Origin: Spirochaetota bacterium
Lineage (GTDB): Bacteria; Spirochaetota; UBA12135; COTS27; CBDBHE01
Length of the DNA: 64,000 bases
Direction of reading: 5' to 3'
NCBI GenBank assembly: GCA_965205605.1
Contig: CBDBHE010000006.1
Span: forward strand, 128,001 to 192,000
Under the pieces are notes generated by a model. That model saw only the letters and a list, made by a program, of their open reading frames with translations. It was not told the origin of the DNA and made no database searches. Every line of letters begins with the position of its first letter. Position 1 is the first letter of the stretch. Positions 46,579 to 55,284 of this stretch are shown here, one piece after another. The position numbers and the translations under genes are program-made.

Positions 46579-49113
46579 ATGAAAAAAAATAGTAAAAATT
46601 CTAGTAGGTTACAATTTTTGAGGCTTATTTTTTTTTTAAAAAAAAGAAAAAATATGATAAAAAGTATTTTTTTACTTAGCTGTATTTTGATATTAAGTTA
46701 TCCTTTTCTTAACCTTTTATATATTTATGGAGGGACGTTTTTTAAGTCTTATTCTTTAGAAATCGATCAATATGCTAATTTAATCAAACGCTATAGTTTT
46801 GAAGAAAAAGAAGAAAATAAAAATTTTTTAAGTGGTTTTTATCATGAAAATAAAGAACCTTTTGGAGAAATCAAATTAGAAAAAGTATCTTTGGATGGTT
46901 ATTATAATTCTATTTTAGAAGAATATCGATTAGAAGAAGATACAAGTTTGGGAGATTTTTATTTGAGTAGGCTTCGCTTAGGTTTAAAAAGCATCAGTAA
47001 TGAGCGAGTGTCTTTTATTTTTGGAGATAAAGAACCTATTTTAATTGGCAAGGACCCCTCAGAAGTGCTTGCTGATTTGGGAGAGTTAAAAATTTTTCAT
47101 TATTTTGATGGTGTTCATAGTGAAAAAGAAAAAAATACTAATTTTAAAAATTCACCTTCTGATAAAATTGTTAGTAAATTAGATGAAGAAGGTAAGAACA
47201 ATAATTATATTGATACATATGTCGATGATAAATATTTTAAAAACTATAGTTCTGTTATAGATAAAGAGTTGGAGCAAAATGAAAATGATTTTTATACATC
47301 ACCTAATCCAAATAAAGTAAAAACTAATGCTTTAAAAATACTTCAAAGTGTTCAAATTATTTTAAATAAAGCAGCTTACTATTCTTATGAATTAATTAAG
47401 GTTAATTTAGTTTCAAAAAACAGTCTTAATTTAAGTGATTTTAAAATTTATGTAAAACGAAAAAATTATATTTTTCCAAATGTAGGGGGAAGAAATGATT
47501 TCTTTTTTAAATATAAAGGAGATACAATTTATACAACTATAGCTATAGGATATGCTCCTTCACCAGGGGAATATACGGTTTTAGTGAAGTCACTTTCAAA
47601 TCCTTCTTGGCCAGGCATCAAAAAAAAATTTAGAATGCTTAGACGAAAAGTACCTCCTTTAAAGAAAGGGTTTTCTGTTGTTAATTTGGAATACACGATT
47701 CCTTTAAATGGAGTGTCTCTTAAAGGTCCTTATGGGAAAGTAGGAGGTTATGAGAAGTTAGTAGATTGGGTTTCGTATATGGATAATGATGCCTTTTGGA
47801 TGTTAGTTGCACAAACAACTGGATGGGGTTCTTCAATATCTCCTTCATCTCCTTGGATTAAAGGAGGGTTTGAAAATTTAAAACTTTTAGGGCCTATTTG
47901 TAAAGAAAAAAACATTAAACTAGGTGCCTATGTCATGGCTTATTTTACTCCTGGAAATGGAAAAAAAAAAGCTAAATATGATCCTTCCTTAGGGTATTCG
48001 CATCATCGGGGGCTAGAAGATTCGCTTCATATATCACTTAATTCTGAGCAACGGCTCAATGATATTGTTGAAGTTGTCAAAAGATTTGACAAAAACCCAT
48101 ATGTAAGTTTTATTGGGCTTGATTTTATTCGTACAGGTCGAGCGGATGGTTATGAAATGGGGCCTGAGTTTATTGATGATATGAATGTAAGAGTGCCTAA
48201 TTATTATTTTAAAATGAGTTATGTTGATAAAATTAAATGGTTTTCAAAACGTGTTGAAAATCGAAAAAATAGAAGCATCATCATGAAATGGCGTTGGTGG
48301 AGAGCTCATAAAGTTGCCACGATTGTTAATACGATTATTAAAAAAGCGCACTTAAAAAAACCTTTTTGGGTTTTTACCTTAGGATGGGAACATGGTAAAC
48401 AACATGGGCAAGATCCGTATATGTTTTTTGATGCCGGTGTTTTTATAGACGCAGTGATGCTATATGAGGCAAAATTAAAGCAGTTTCAAAATATGATGAT
48501 TCAATGGCCTAATTATATGAGAGATCATCGTAATAATATTGTTATTGGCAATGCTTCTGATATAAGGCTTTTAGATGGTCTTAGCCATAATCCAGCTATT
48601 GAGTATCTTTATAGAACGAAGCGTGGTTATAAAGAAATTTATAGAAATAGTTATGCTAAAGGAATTTTTTTACATGACATCTCTAGGGCTCTTTGGAGCT
48701 CTAAAAGAGGGATTGATGTGGAAGACTGGGCGGTTATTCATGGGCATGCGACTTCGATTTATCGCCATGACTTAGGGTTGATTCCTTATAGGGGTGAATT
48801 TGTTTTTAATGAAGATAAAAAAACTGGATTTATTAAAATTGTTAATAAAAGCGGCAGGCAGATTAATAATATCAACCTTAAAATGGTTAAGTCAAAACAT
48901 TGGCGGAGCTTAAGCCATCAAGGAATAAATACTTTTTCACTAAAGCCTCATGAAGCAAAAATCATTTCTTTTAAAGCCGTTCCTCATACTAAATATAAGT
49001 ATAAAGAAATTTTATTAGGTGCTTATTTAAAACACCCTGTATATCGAAAATTTTTCTTTTTTATCCATCGTTCTAAAAGAAATTTAAAACCTTTTGTTAG
49101 TTATGCCCGTTGA
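46579..49113 (+). CDS. Large membrane-anchored hypothetical protein with a putative glycoside-hydrolase-like TIM barrel
   Basis: N-terminal TM helix; IGLDFIR, W.WWR, GQDP, DAVMLY resemble GHL10-type motifs. Confidence 0.5.
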   Translation: MKKNSKNSSRLQFLRLIFFLKKRKNMIKSIFLLSCILILSYPFLNLLYIYGGTFFKSYSLEIDQYANLIKRYSFEEKEENKNFLSGFYHENKEPFGEIKLEKVSLDGYYNSILEEYRLEEDTSLGDFYLSRLRLGLKSISNERVSFIFGDKEPILIGKDPSEVLADLGELKIFHYFDGVHSEKEKNTNFKNSPSDKIVSKLDEEGKNNNYIDTYVDDKYFKNYSSVIDKELEQNENDFYTSPNPNKVKTNALKILQSVQIILNKAAYYSYELIKVNLVSKNSLNLSDFKIYVKRKNYIFPNVGGRNDFFFKYKGDTIYTTIAIGYAPSPGEYTVLVKSLSNPSWPGIKKKFRMLRRKVPPLKKGFSVVNLEYTIPLNGVSLKGPYGKVGGYEKLVDWVSYMDNDAFWMLVAQTTGWGSSISPSSPWIKGGFENLKLLGPICKEKNIKLGAYVMAYFTPGNGKKKAKYDPSLGYSHHRGLEDSLHISLNSEQRLNDIVEVVKRFDKNPYVSFIGLDFIRTGRADGYEMGPEFIDDMNVRVPNYYFKMSYVDKIKWFSKRVENRKNRSIIMKWRWWRAHKVATIVNTIIKKAHLKKPFWVFTLGWEHGKQHGQDPYMFFDAGVFIDAVMLYEAKLKQFQNMMIQWPNYMRDHRNNIVIGNASDIRLLDGLSHNPAIEYLYRTKRGYKEIYRNSYAKGIFLHDISRALWSSKRGIDVEDWAVIHGHATSIYRHDLGLIPYRGEFVFNEDKKTGFIKIVNKSGRQINNINLKMVKSKHWRSLSHQGINTFSLKPHEAKIISFKAVPHTKYKYKEILLGAYLKHPVYRKFFFFIHRSKRNLKPFVSYAR

Positions 49114-49561
49114 GTTGGCTTTATTTAGGCCTCTTATTCCTCAAAATACAGGAAATATTGGCAGACTTTGTGTTGGTTTTAATGTTTTTTTAAATTTAAT
49201 TGGACCACTTGGATTTAAAATAAATGATAAAAGGATTAAAAGAGCAGGGCTTGATTACTGGCAACATTTAAATTATAAGTTTTATGCTGATTTTGAATCT
49301 TTTTATTTAAATAAAAAAGATAAACGAATTATTTGTATTTCGAAGTATGGAGAAAATCTTTTATGTGATTTTTCTTTTAGTAAAACAGATATTTTACTAA
49401 TGGGCCAAGAAACGGAAGGAGTACCAAAAGGTTTAATTAAAAATTATGGTTTAAAGCGAGTTGCCATTCCAATGGAAGGCTTGATTCGTTCTTATAATTT
49501 AGCCAATGCGAGTGCGATAATTCTTTATGAATCTTGGAGGCAACTTAAAAAATTGAAGTAA
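49103..49561 (+). CDS. trmL: tRNA (cytidine(34)-2'-O)-methyltransferase
   Basis: P.IPQNTGNIGR.C, RAGLDYW, GQET.G, IPM...RS.NL; ATG at 49103 preferred. Confidence 0.93.
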   Translation: MPVELALFRPLIPQNTGNIGRLCVGFNVFLNLIGPLGFKINDKRIKRAGLDYWQHLNYKFYADFESFYLNKKDKRIICISKYGENLLCDFSFSKTDILLMGQETEGVPKGLIKNYGLKRVAIPMEGLIRSYNLANASAIILYESWRQLKKLK

Positions 49562-49570
49562 TAGCTAAAA

Positions 49571-50116
49571 CTAGATTTTTTTTTTAAGATTGATATTAAC
49601 ACGTTTATTATTTTTTTTAATAATTTTTCCTGGATTTCCAATAACAGTGCAATTAGAAGGGACATCATTCATAATAAGTGTTTTAGCTCCTATTTTGACA
49701 TGGTTGCCTATTTTAATAGGGCCTAAAAGAGTAGAGCCAGTGCCGATCATGACATTATCACCAATTGTAGGGTGTCTTTTTCCTTGATAGTTTCCAATAC
49801 CTCCCAAAGTAACCATATGAAACATAAAACAATTTTCTCCAATTTCGGTAGTTTCTCCAATAACACTCCCCATGCCGTGATCAATAAAAAAGCCTTTAGC
49901 GATTTTGGCTCCAGGGTGGATTTCAATACCGGTTAAAAATCTGGCTATTTTAGCAAAGACTTCTGCAATAAAATAAAGCTTAATTTTATATAAAGGATGG
50001 CTAAAATAACGGTGAATAAAGATAACTTGAAATCCGGGAAATAGTAAAAATTGAATTCCTCTAGCAGATGGGTCGTTTTTATAAAGAGCCTGTATATCTT
50101 TAATAAAAGCTAACAT
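49571..50116 (-). CDS. cysE: Serine O-acetyltransferase
   Basis: DPSA, TGIEIHPGAKI, FIDHGMG.VIGET, VTLGG, KRHPT. Confidence 0.92.
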   Translation of the reverse strand: MLAFIKDIQALYKNDPSARGIQFLLFPGFQVIFIHRYFSHPLYKIKLYFIAEVFAKIARFLTGIEIHPGAKIAKGFFIDHGMGSVIGETTEIGENCFMFHMVTLGGIGNYQGKRHPTIGDNVMIGTGSTLLGPIKIGNHVKIGAKTLIMNDVPSNCTVIGNPGKIIKKNNKRVNINLKKKI

Positions 50117-50189
50117 GGTTTAAGAAACTTATTTTTTTTAAGAAACAATTAGGAACATTAACAAAAAAAGAAAACCATTTTAAAAAAAC

Positions 50190-52628
50190 TTATGGTTGTT
50201 CAATTTCTTGAATAACCGCTATGTCAATAACAACGTCACCTTCTTTTACATTAACCAGTTTAGGTCCTTTGGCTTGTCTGCCTAGTTTAGAAATATCATT
50301 ACTATCCATACGAATAATGTTGCCTTTAGAAGTAATTGCTAAAATATTTTCATCTTCTCTAACAGAAGCAATAGCGGCAATATTACCTGTTTTATTATTT
50401 GTTTTCATACAAATTTGGCCTTTTCCAGCACGCCCTTTTGCTGAAAATTCTGAGAAATTAAGTTTTTTTCCAAGTCCTTTTTCAGAAATGAGTAATAAAG
50501 ATTTATTATTATCGACTTTTTGAATTCCGATGACATTGTCTTTAGTTGATAAATTAATGCCAATAACCCCCCCTGAGTTTCTACCCATTTTTCTAAAGTT
50601 TGATTCTTTGGTTCTAATAGCAAGGCCTTTTTTAGAAAAAATCATCAAATCATCTTCTTTTTGGATTTCAACAGTGCTTACAATCGTGTCTCCATTTTTT
50701 AAATTAATCGCTTGAATTCCTCTTTTTTTGGCATTAACAAAATCATTGACACTACATTTTTTAGCAATCCCTTTAGAAGTGACCATAAGAAAATTTTTTT
50801 TTTGTTCAAAATTTTTAAACGTAAGATACCCTTGGATTTCTTCATCGGATCTTAAGTTTAAAATCATTTTGATATGAGTGCCTTTAGCAATTCTTGAAGC
50901 TTGAGGAATTTCATGAATTTTTACATAATAAGCTTTCCCTAGGTTGGTAATAAACATAACGGTATCATGAGTGGTGGCAACAAATAAAAGAGAGACAATA
51001 TTTTCTTGGTTACTTGTTGAAAGATTTTTAATTCCAACTCCTCCTCGATTTTGTTTTTTGTAAGTTTCACTAGGAATTCGCTTTACATGACCTGTTTTAG
51101 TAAGTGAAATAACAACGGTTTCTTTTTCTATAAAATCTTCTTCTTTCAAGTTTTCTCCAAGAGAATCCATGATTTCAGTTTTTCGGTCTTTTCCATAATT
51201 GTCTTTTATGGCGAGAAGGTCTTTTTTAATCAAATCAAAGAGTTTGTCTTTGTTAGCTAGGAGATCTTTACATTTTTGAATAAAGATTTTTGTTTCTTTG
51301 TAATCTTTATTTAACTTATCAATTTCAAGAGAAACCAAGCGAGATAGTCGCATTTCTAAAATAGCGACCACCTGTTCATTAGAAAAGGAAAATTGACTAA
51401 TTAAGTCTTTTTTGGCTTTTTCAACGGTTTCATTGTTCCTAATAATTTTAATGACTTCTTCAATATGGCTGACTGCTTTAATGAGTCCTTCTAAAATATG
51501 GGCTTTGACTTCTGCTTTTTTGAGTTCGAAAGTAATTCTTCTCGTTTCAACTTCAAAACGATGTGCTACAAAATAAGAAATTATTTCTAGCAAATTTAAA
51601 GTCTGGGGTGATCTGTCTACAAGAACGACATTGTTAATTCCAAAACTATCTTCTAAAGGAGTGTGTTTATAAAGTTGATTAATCAATATTTGAGTGAATG
51701 TATTTTTTTTTAGCTCAATAACAACTCGCACTCCTTGTTTATCAGATTCATCTCTAATTTCTGTAATTCCTTTAAGGACTTCGTTTTTAGTCAAGGCAGC
51801 TATTTTTTTAATGAGCTCGGCTTTATTAATTTGATAAGGGATTTCTGTAATAATAATCGCTTCTTGATCTTTTCTAAAAGGTTCGATGTGGACTTTTGCT
51901 CTTATTTTAAAAATACCTTTGCCTGTCTCGTATCCTTTTTTAATGCCTTCTTTGCCATAAATAATGGCACCTGTTGGGAAATCAGGGCCTTTAATAAAAC
52001 GCATCATATCTTTGATAGTGCTTTCTTTTTGATGATTGATATAATAAATAATGGCATCAATAACTTCTCTTAAGTTATGAGGAGGAGAGTTTGTTGCCAT
52101 TCCAACAGCAATTCCTGAGCCACCATTAACGAGGAGATTTGGAAAGGCAGCAGGAAGCACGATTGGCTCTTTTTGAGAATCATCAAAAGTGTTTTGATAA
52201 TCGATGGTATTTTTTTCGATATCTTTTAACATTTGTTCGGAAATTTTTTCTAATCGACATTCTGTGTAACGCATCGCAGCTGCATTATCACCATCCATCG
52301 ACCCAAAGTTTCCTTGCCCGTTAATTAGGACATGACCCATAGAAAATTCTTGTGCCATTCTCACTAAAGCATCATAAATGGCTTGTTCTCCATGGGGGTG
52401 AAATTTACCCAACACTTCCCCTACCACCGTTGCACATTTTTTGTGAGGTCGATTGAAAACCATTCCCACTTTGTACATAGCAAATAAAATCCTTCTATGT
52501 ACAGGCTTAAGGCCATCTCTTACATCCGGTAAAGCTCGAGAAACAATTACGGACATAGCGTAATTTAAATAAGAAGTTTTTAATTCTTGTGAGATATTTC
52601 TAGGAATAATCGTTTCTGGCAAAACCAT
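50190..52628 (-). CDS. gyrA: DNA gyrase subunit A
   Basis: RALPDVRDGLKPV, HPHG, AAMRYTE, GyrA-box QNRGGVG, C-terminal pinwheel repeats. Confidence 0.95.
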   Translation of the reverse strand: MVLPETIIPRNISQELKTSYLNYAMSVIVSRALPDVRDGLKPVHRRILFAMYKVGMVFNRPHKKCATVVGEVLGKFHPHGEQAIYDALVRMAQEFSMGHVLINGQGNFGSMDGDNAAAMRYTECRLEKISEQMLKDIEKNTIDYQNTFDDSQKEPIVLPAAFPNLLVNGGSGIAVGMATNSPPHNLREVIDAIIYYINHQKESTIKDMMRFIKGPDFPTGAIIYGKEGIKKGYETGKGIFKIRAKVHIEPFRKDQEAIIITEIPYQINKAELIKKIAALTKNEVLKGITEIRDESDKQGVRVVIELKKNTFTQILINQLYKHTPLEDSFGINNVVLVDRSPQTLNLLEIISYFVAHRFEVETRRITFELKKAEVKAHILEGLIKAVSHIEEVIKIIRNNETVEKAKKDLISQFSFSNEQVVAILEMRLSRLVSLEIDKLNKDYKETKIFIQKCKDLLANKDKLFDLIKKDLLAIKDNYGKDRKTEIMDSLGENLKEEDFIEKETVVISLTKTGHVKRIPSETYKKQNRGGVGIKNLSTSNQENIVSLLFVATTHDTVMFITNLGKAYYVKIHEIPQASRIAKGTHIKMILNLRSDEEIQGYLTFKNFEQKKNFLMVTSKGIAKKCSVNDFVNAKKRGIQAINLKNGDTIVSTVEIQKEDDLMIFSKKGLAIRTKESNFRKMGRNSGGVIGINLSTKDNVIGIQKVDNNKSLLLISEKGLGKKLNFSEFSAKGRAGKGQICMKTNNKTGNIAAIASVREDENILAITSKGNIIRMDSNDISKLGRQAKGPKLVNVKEGDVVIDIAVIQEIEQP

Positions 52629-52720
52629 CCCCTTTTATTTTACTTAGATTATTGATAACTATTTTTATGCTATTAAAGACAAATAGAAATTCAAGTTAAA
52701 ATTCTATAATGTAACAAAAA

Positions 52721-53404
52721 TTATGTCAAAATCTTAAGAGCTCCTTCTTTAAGTTTATAAATTTTGTGACACTTCTTTGATAAACTAAGTGAATGAGTGA
52801 CAATAATAACGGTGGTTTTGTTCTTTTTGCTTAAAGCTAACAAAAGATTAAAAATTTTTTCACTATTTCTTGTATCTAAATTACCCGTAGGTTCATCAGC
52901 TAAAATGATTTTTGGCTTATTGATAATCGCTCTTGCAATAGCAATACGTTGTAGTTCTCCACCAGAAAGCTCTCCGGTAAGATGATTTTTTTGTTCTAAT
53001 AAATCAACTTTTTTTAAAAGAGAGAGTGCTTTTTCCTCGGCTTCTTTTTTGTTTTTTAAATAAATCATTTGAGGAATCATTAAATTTTCAAAAGCTGTGA
53101 AATCTTTAAGTAAATGATGTTGTTGAAAAATAAAACCAATATTTTGATTGCGATAATAAGCAAGTTTTGATTCTTTTAAGTTTGTAATCGCTTGATTATT
53201 AATAATAATCGATCCTTTGTCTACTTGATCCAATCCCCCAACCACATTGAGTAAAGTTGATTTTCCAGCACCACTTTCACCTACAATAGCGATGAGTTCT
53301 CCTTGAGTAATTTTTAAGTTAATATTTTTTAAAATAGTGTTTTTTTTTTCTTTCGAAGAATAACTTTTATCAATTTCTTTGATTTCAATAAAGTGATTAT
53401 TCAT
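52721..53404 (-). CDS. lolD: Lipoprotein-releasing ABC transporter ATP-binding protein
   Basis: GESGAGKST, GFIFQ.HHLL, LSGGE.QR, ADEPTGNLD. Confidence 0.88.
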   Translation of the reverse strand: MNNHFIEIKEIDKSYSSKEKKNTILKNINLKITQGELIAIVGESGAGKSTLLNVVGGLDQVDKGSIIINNQAITNLKESKLAYYRNQNIGFIFQQHHLLKDFTAFENLMIPQMIYLKNKKEAEEKALSLLKKVDLLEQKNHLTGELSGGELQRIAIARAIINKPKIILADEPTGNLDTRNSEKIFNLLLALSKKNKTTVIIVTHSLSLSKKCHKIYKLKEGALKILT

Positions 53405-54710
53405 ATCGCATCACTTCTACAGGTTTTAATTTAGCAGCTTTCGAAGAAGGAAGCAGTCCTGCCAAAACAGATAATATCATCGCTAAAACAACTAGTAAAA
53501 AAGCTCTGCTAAGACTGATATCAATGGGAATCTTTTCAAAATAATAAACTTCTTTTGGAAAAAAATAAAAAGAAGTTGTTTCCAATGAATTGGAAGTAAA
53601 AAGGTTTAAAAAATAAAAAATTCCTTTTTTAAAAAAATTAATGAGTATTTCAATAACAAAAAGCACTTGTTTTAAGTATTTTGCCAAAATCGTTCCCATC
53701 AAAGCCCCTAAACTTGCACTAACACTAGTAATCATTAATCCTTCTATTAAAAATATTTTTTTTATATGAGTTGGTCCCATGCCTAATGTTTTTAAAATCC
53801 CTATTTCTTTTTTCTTTTCAATGACCAGCATAATTTGAGAACTCATCACGTTAAAAATAGCAACAACTAATACCATCGCCATAATTACCCACATTAAAGT
53901 TCTTTCTGTTGCAAGGGCTTTAAAAAGATTGGCATTACTATTTTGCCAAGTTGAAAAATAATACCGATACCCATATTTTTGAGTCAATTTTTTAATAACA
54001 GGTTTGGTTTTCCAAATATTTTTAACTTTAATATCAATAGAATTAACTTTGCTTCCTAAATTAAACTCACTTTGAAGTGTTTTTAAAGAAAGATAAATCA
54101 CAGAATTATCATATTCATAATAACCGGTTTTAAAGATACCTGTTGGGTATGCTTTTAAAATAGTAGGTTTTTTTGCTAAAGAAATGGTGTCTTTCATTGT
54201 GATAATAGATAAGCGAGTGTGAAGATTAATAAAGTGATTTTTGGCTAATTCATTTCCTATAAGAGCATAATATTTTCTAGAAAGATCTTTTTTCCCTCTT
54301 TGAATGTAAAGAATTTTTGAAAGCTCAGGATCTTGTTTAAAACTATTTTGATGAAGCCCTCGAATGACAATTGGTTTTAATTCTTGATCAAGTTTAAGCA
54401 TGCCTTGAGTTTCTATGTAAGGGATAACAGAGGCCACATTTTTGATCTTAGAAATTTCTTTAATAAGAGTAGGGTAGTTTTGGAAGTTTTTGTTTCTTTT
54501 TGCTTGAATCGTAATATGTCCTTGAATTCCCAAGATTTTTTCTCTAATTTCTTTTTGAAACCCTGAAAAAACAGACATAATTAAAATAGGCCCTAAGACA
54601 CCTAAAAAAACACCAATAAAAGCAAAAAAACTAACAAGAGAAAGAAGATTCTTTTTCCTCCCTTTATTAAGAAGGTAGCGATAACTAATAAAAAATTCTA
54701 CCGGCATCAT
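53397..54710 (-). CDS. lolC: Lipoprotein-releasing ABC transporter permease (LolC/E)
   Basis: RYL..., MSVFSGF, GIFKTG..EYD, EKKKEIGILKTLG, P.EVYY, P.EVMRYE. Confidence 0.85.
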   Translation of the reverse strand: MMPVEFFISYRYLLNKGRKKNLLSLVSFFAFIGVFLGVLGPILIMSVFSGFQKEIREKILGIQGHITIQAKRNKNFQNYPTLIKEISKIKNVASVIPYIETQGMLKLDQELKPIVIRGLHQNSFKQDPELSKILYIQRGKKDLSRKYYALIGNELAKNHFINLHTRLSIITMKDTISLAKKPTILKAYPTGIFKTGYYEYDNSVIYLSLKTLQSEFNLGSKVNSIDIKVKNIWKTKPVIKKLTQKYGYRYYFSTWQNSNANLFKALATERTLMWVIMAMVLVVAIFNVMSSQIMLVIEKKKEIGILKTLGMGPTHIKKIFLIEGLMITSVSASLGALMGTILAKYLKQVLFVIEILINFFKKGIFYFLNLFTSNSLETTSFYFFPKEVYYFEKIPIDISLSRAFLLVVLAMILSVLAGLLPSSKAAKLKPVEVMRYE

Positions 54711-54795
54711 TGTTTTAATTATACTTTGAAGTTAGCTCAAAAAAATTCATTGAGACAAAATTTATAAAACGTCTTTTTAAAGAATAAAGAAAAAA

Positions 54796-55281
54796 TTAAA
54801 AAAATTTTTGAAGCCAAGTTTTTTTAGCTTCTACTTCCCATTTTCCTAAGCGAAGTTGTTTAAGTGTACTAATGCTATTATCAAAAATAATTGTATTAGA
54901 GGAAATGATTTTTTTTCTTATCAGTAAATTAATATCAAAGCGATTGAAATGATCGATCTTATTTTTTTTGTCTTGATAAAAAATAAGACTTTTATCAAGA
55001 GCTTTTAAATGATATGTTGATTCTAAATCTTTAAAAATTCTAACACTGCTGTCTATTGAGCAACCACTGATCATTTTTTCTTCATTAACTAAAAGTGCAA
55101 ATTGATCATAAATGATTTGATAACTCCCTTTAGTTTTTGTCTCATGGCTCATCCAGTGTTGAGTAAAATCTTTTAGAGTTGTTTCAACAATTGCTTTTTC
55201 TTTTTTATTTAAAGGATCACAAAAAGCATAAACCCACAATTTGGAACTATCTTCAAAATTAGAAAAAAAAGTTTTTAGCAT
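54796..55281 (-). CDS. Conserved 'SGCSIDS' family hypothetical protein (often mis-annotated as ABC transporter ATPase)
   Basis: SKLWVY, F..HW.SH, SGCSIDSS, IFDN, W; no Walker motifs. Confidence 0.7.
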   Translation of the reverse strand: MLKTFFSNFEDSSKLWVYAFCDPLNKKEKAIVETTLKDFTQHWMSHETKTKGSYQIIYDQFALLVNEEKMISGCSIDSSVRIFKDLESTYHLKALDKSLIFYQDKKNKIDHFNRFDINLLIRKKIISSNTIIFDNSISTLKQLRLGKWEVEAKKTWLQKFF

Positions 55282-55284
55282 CTC

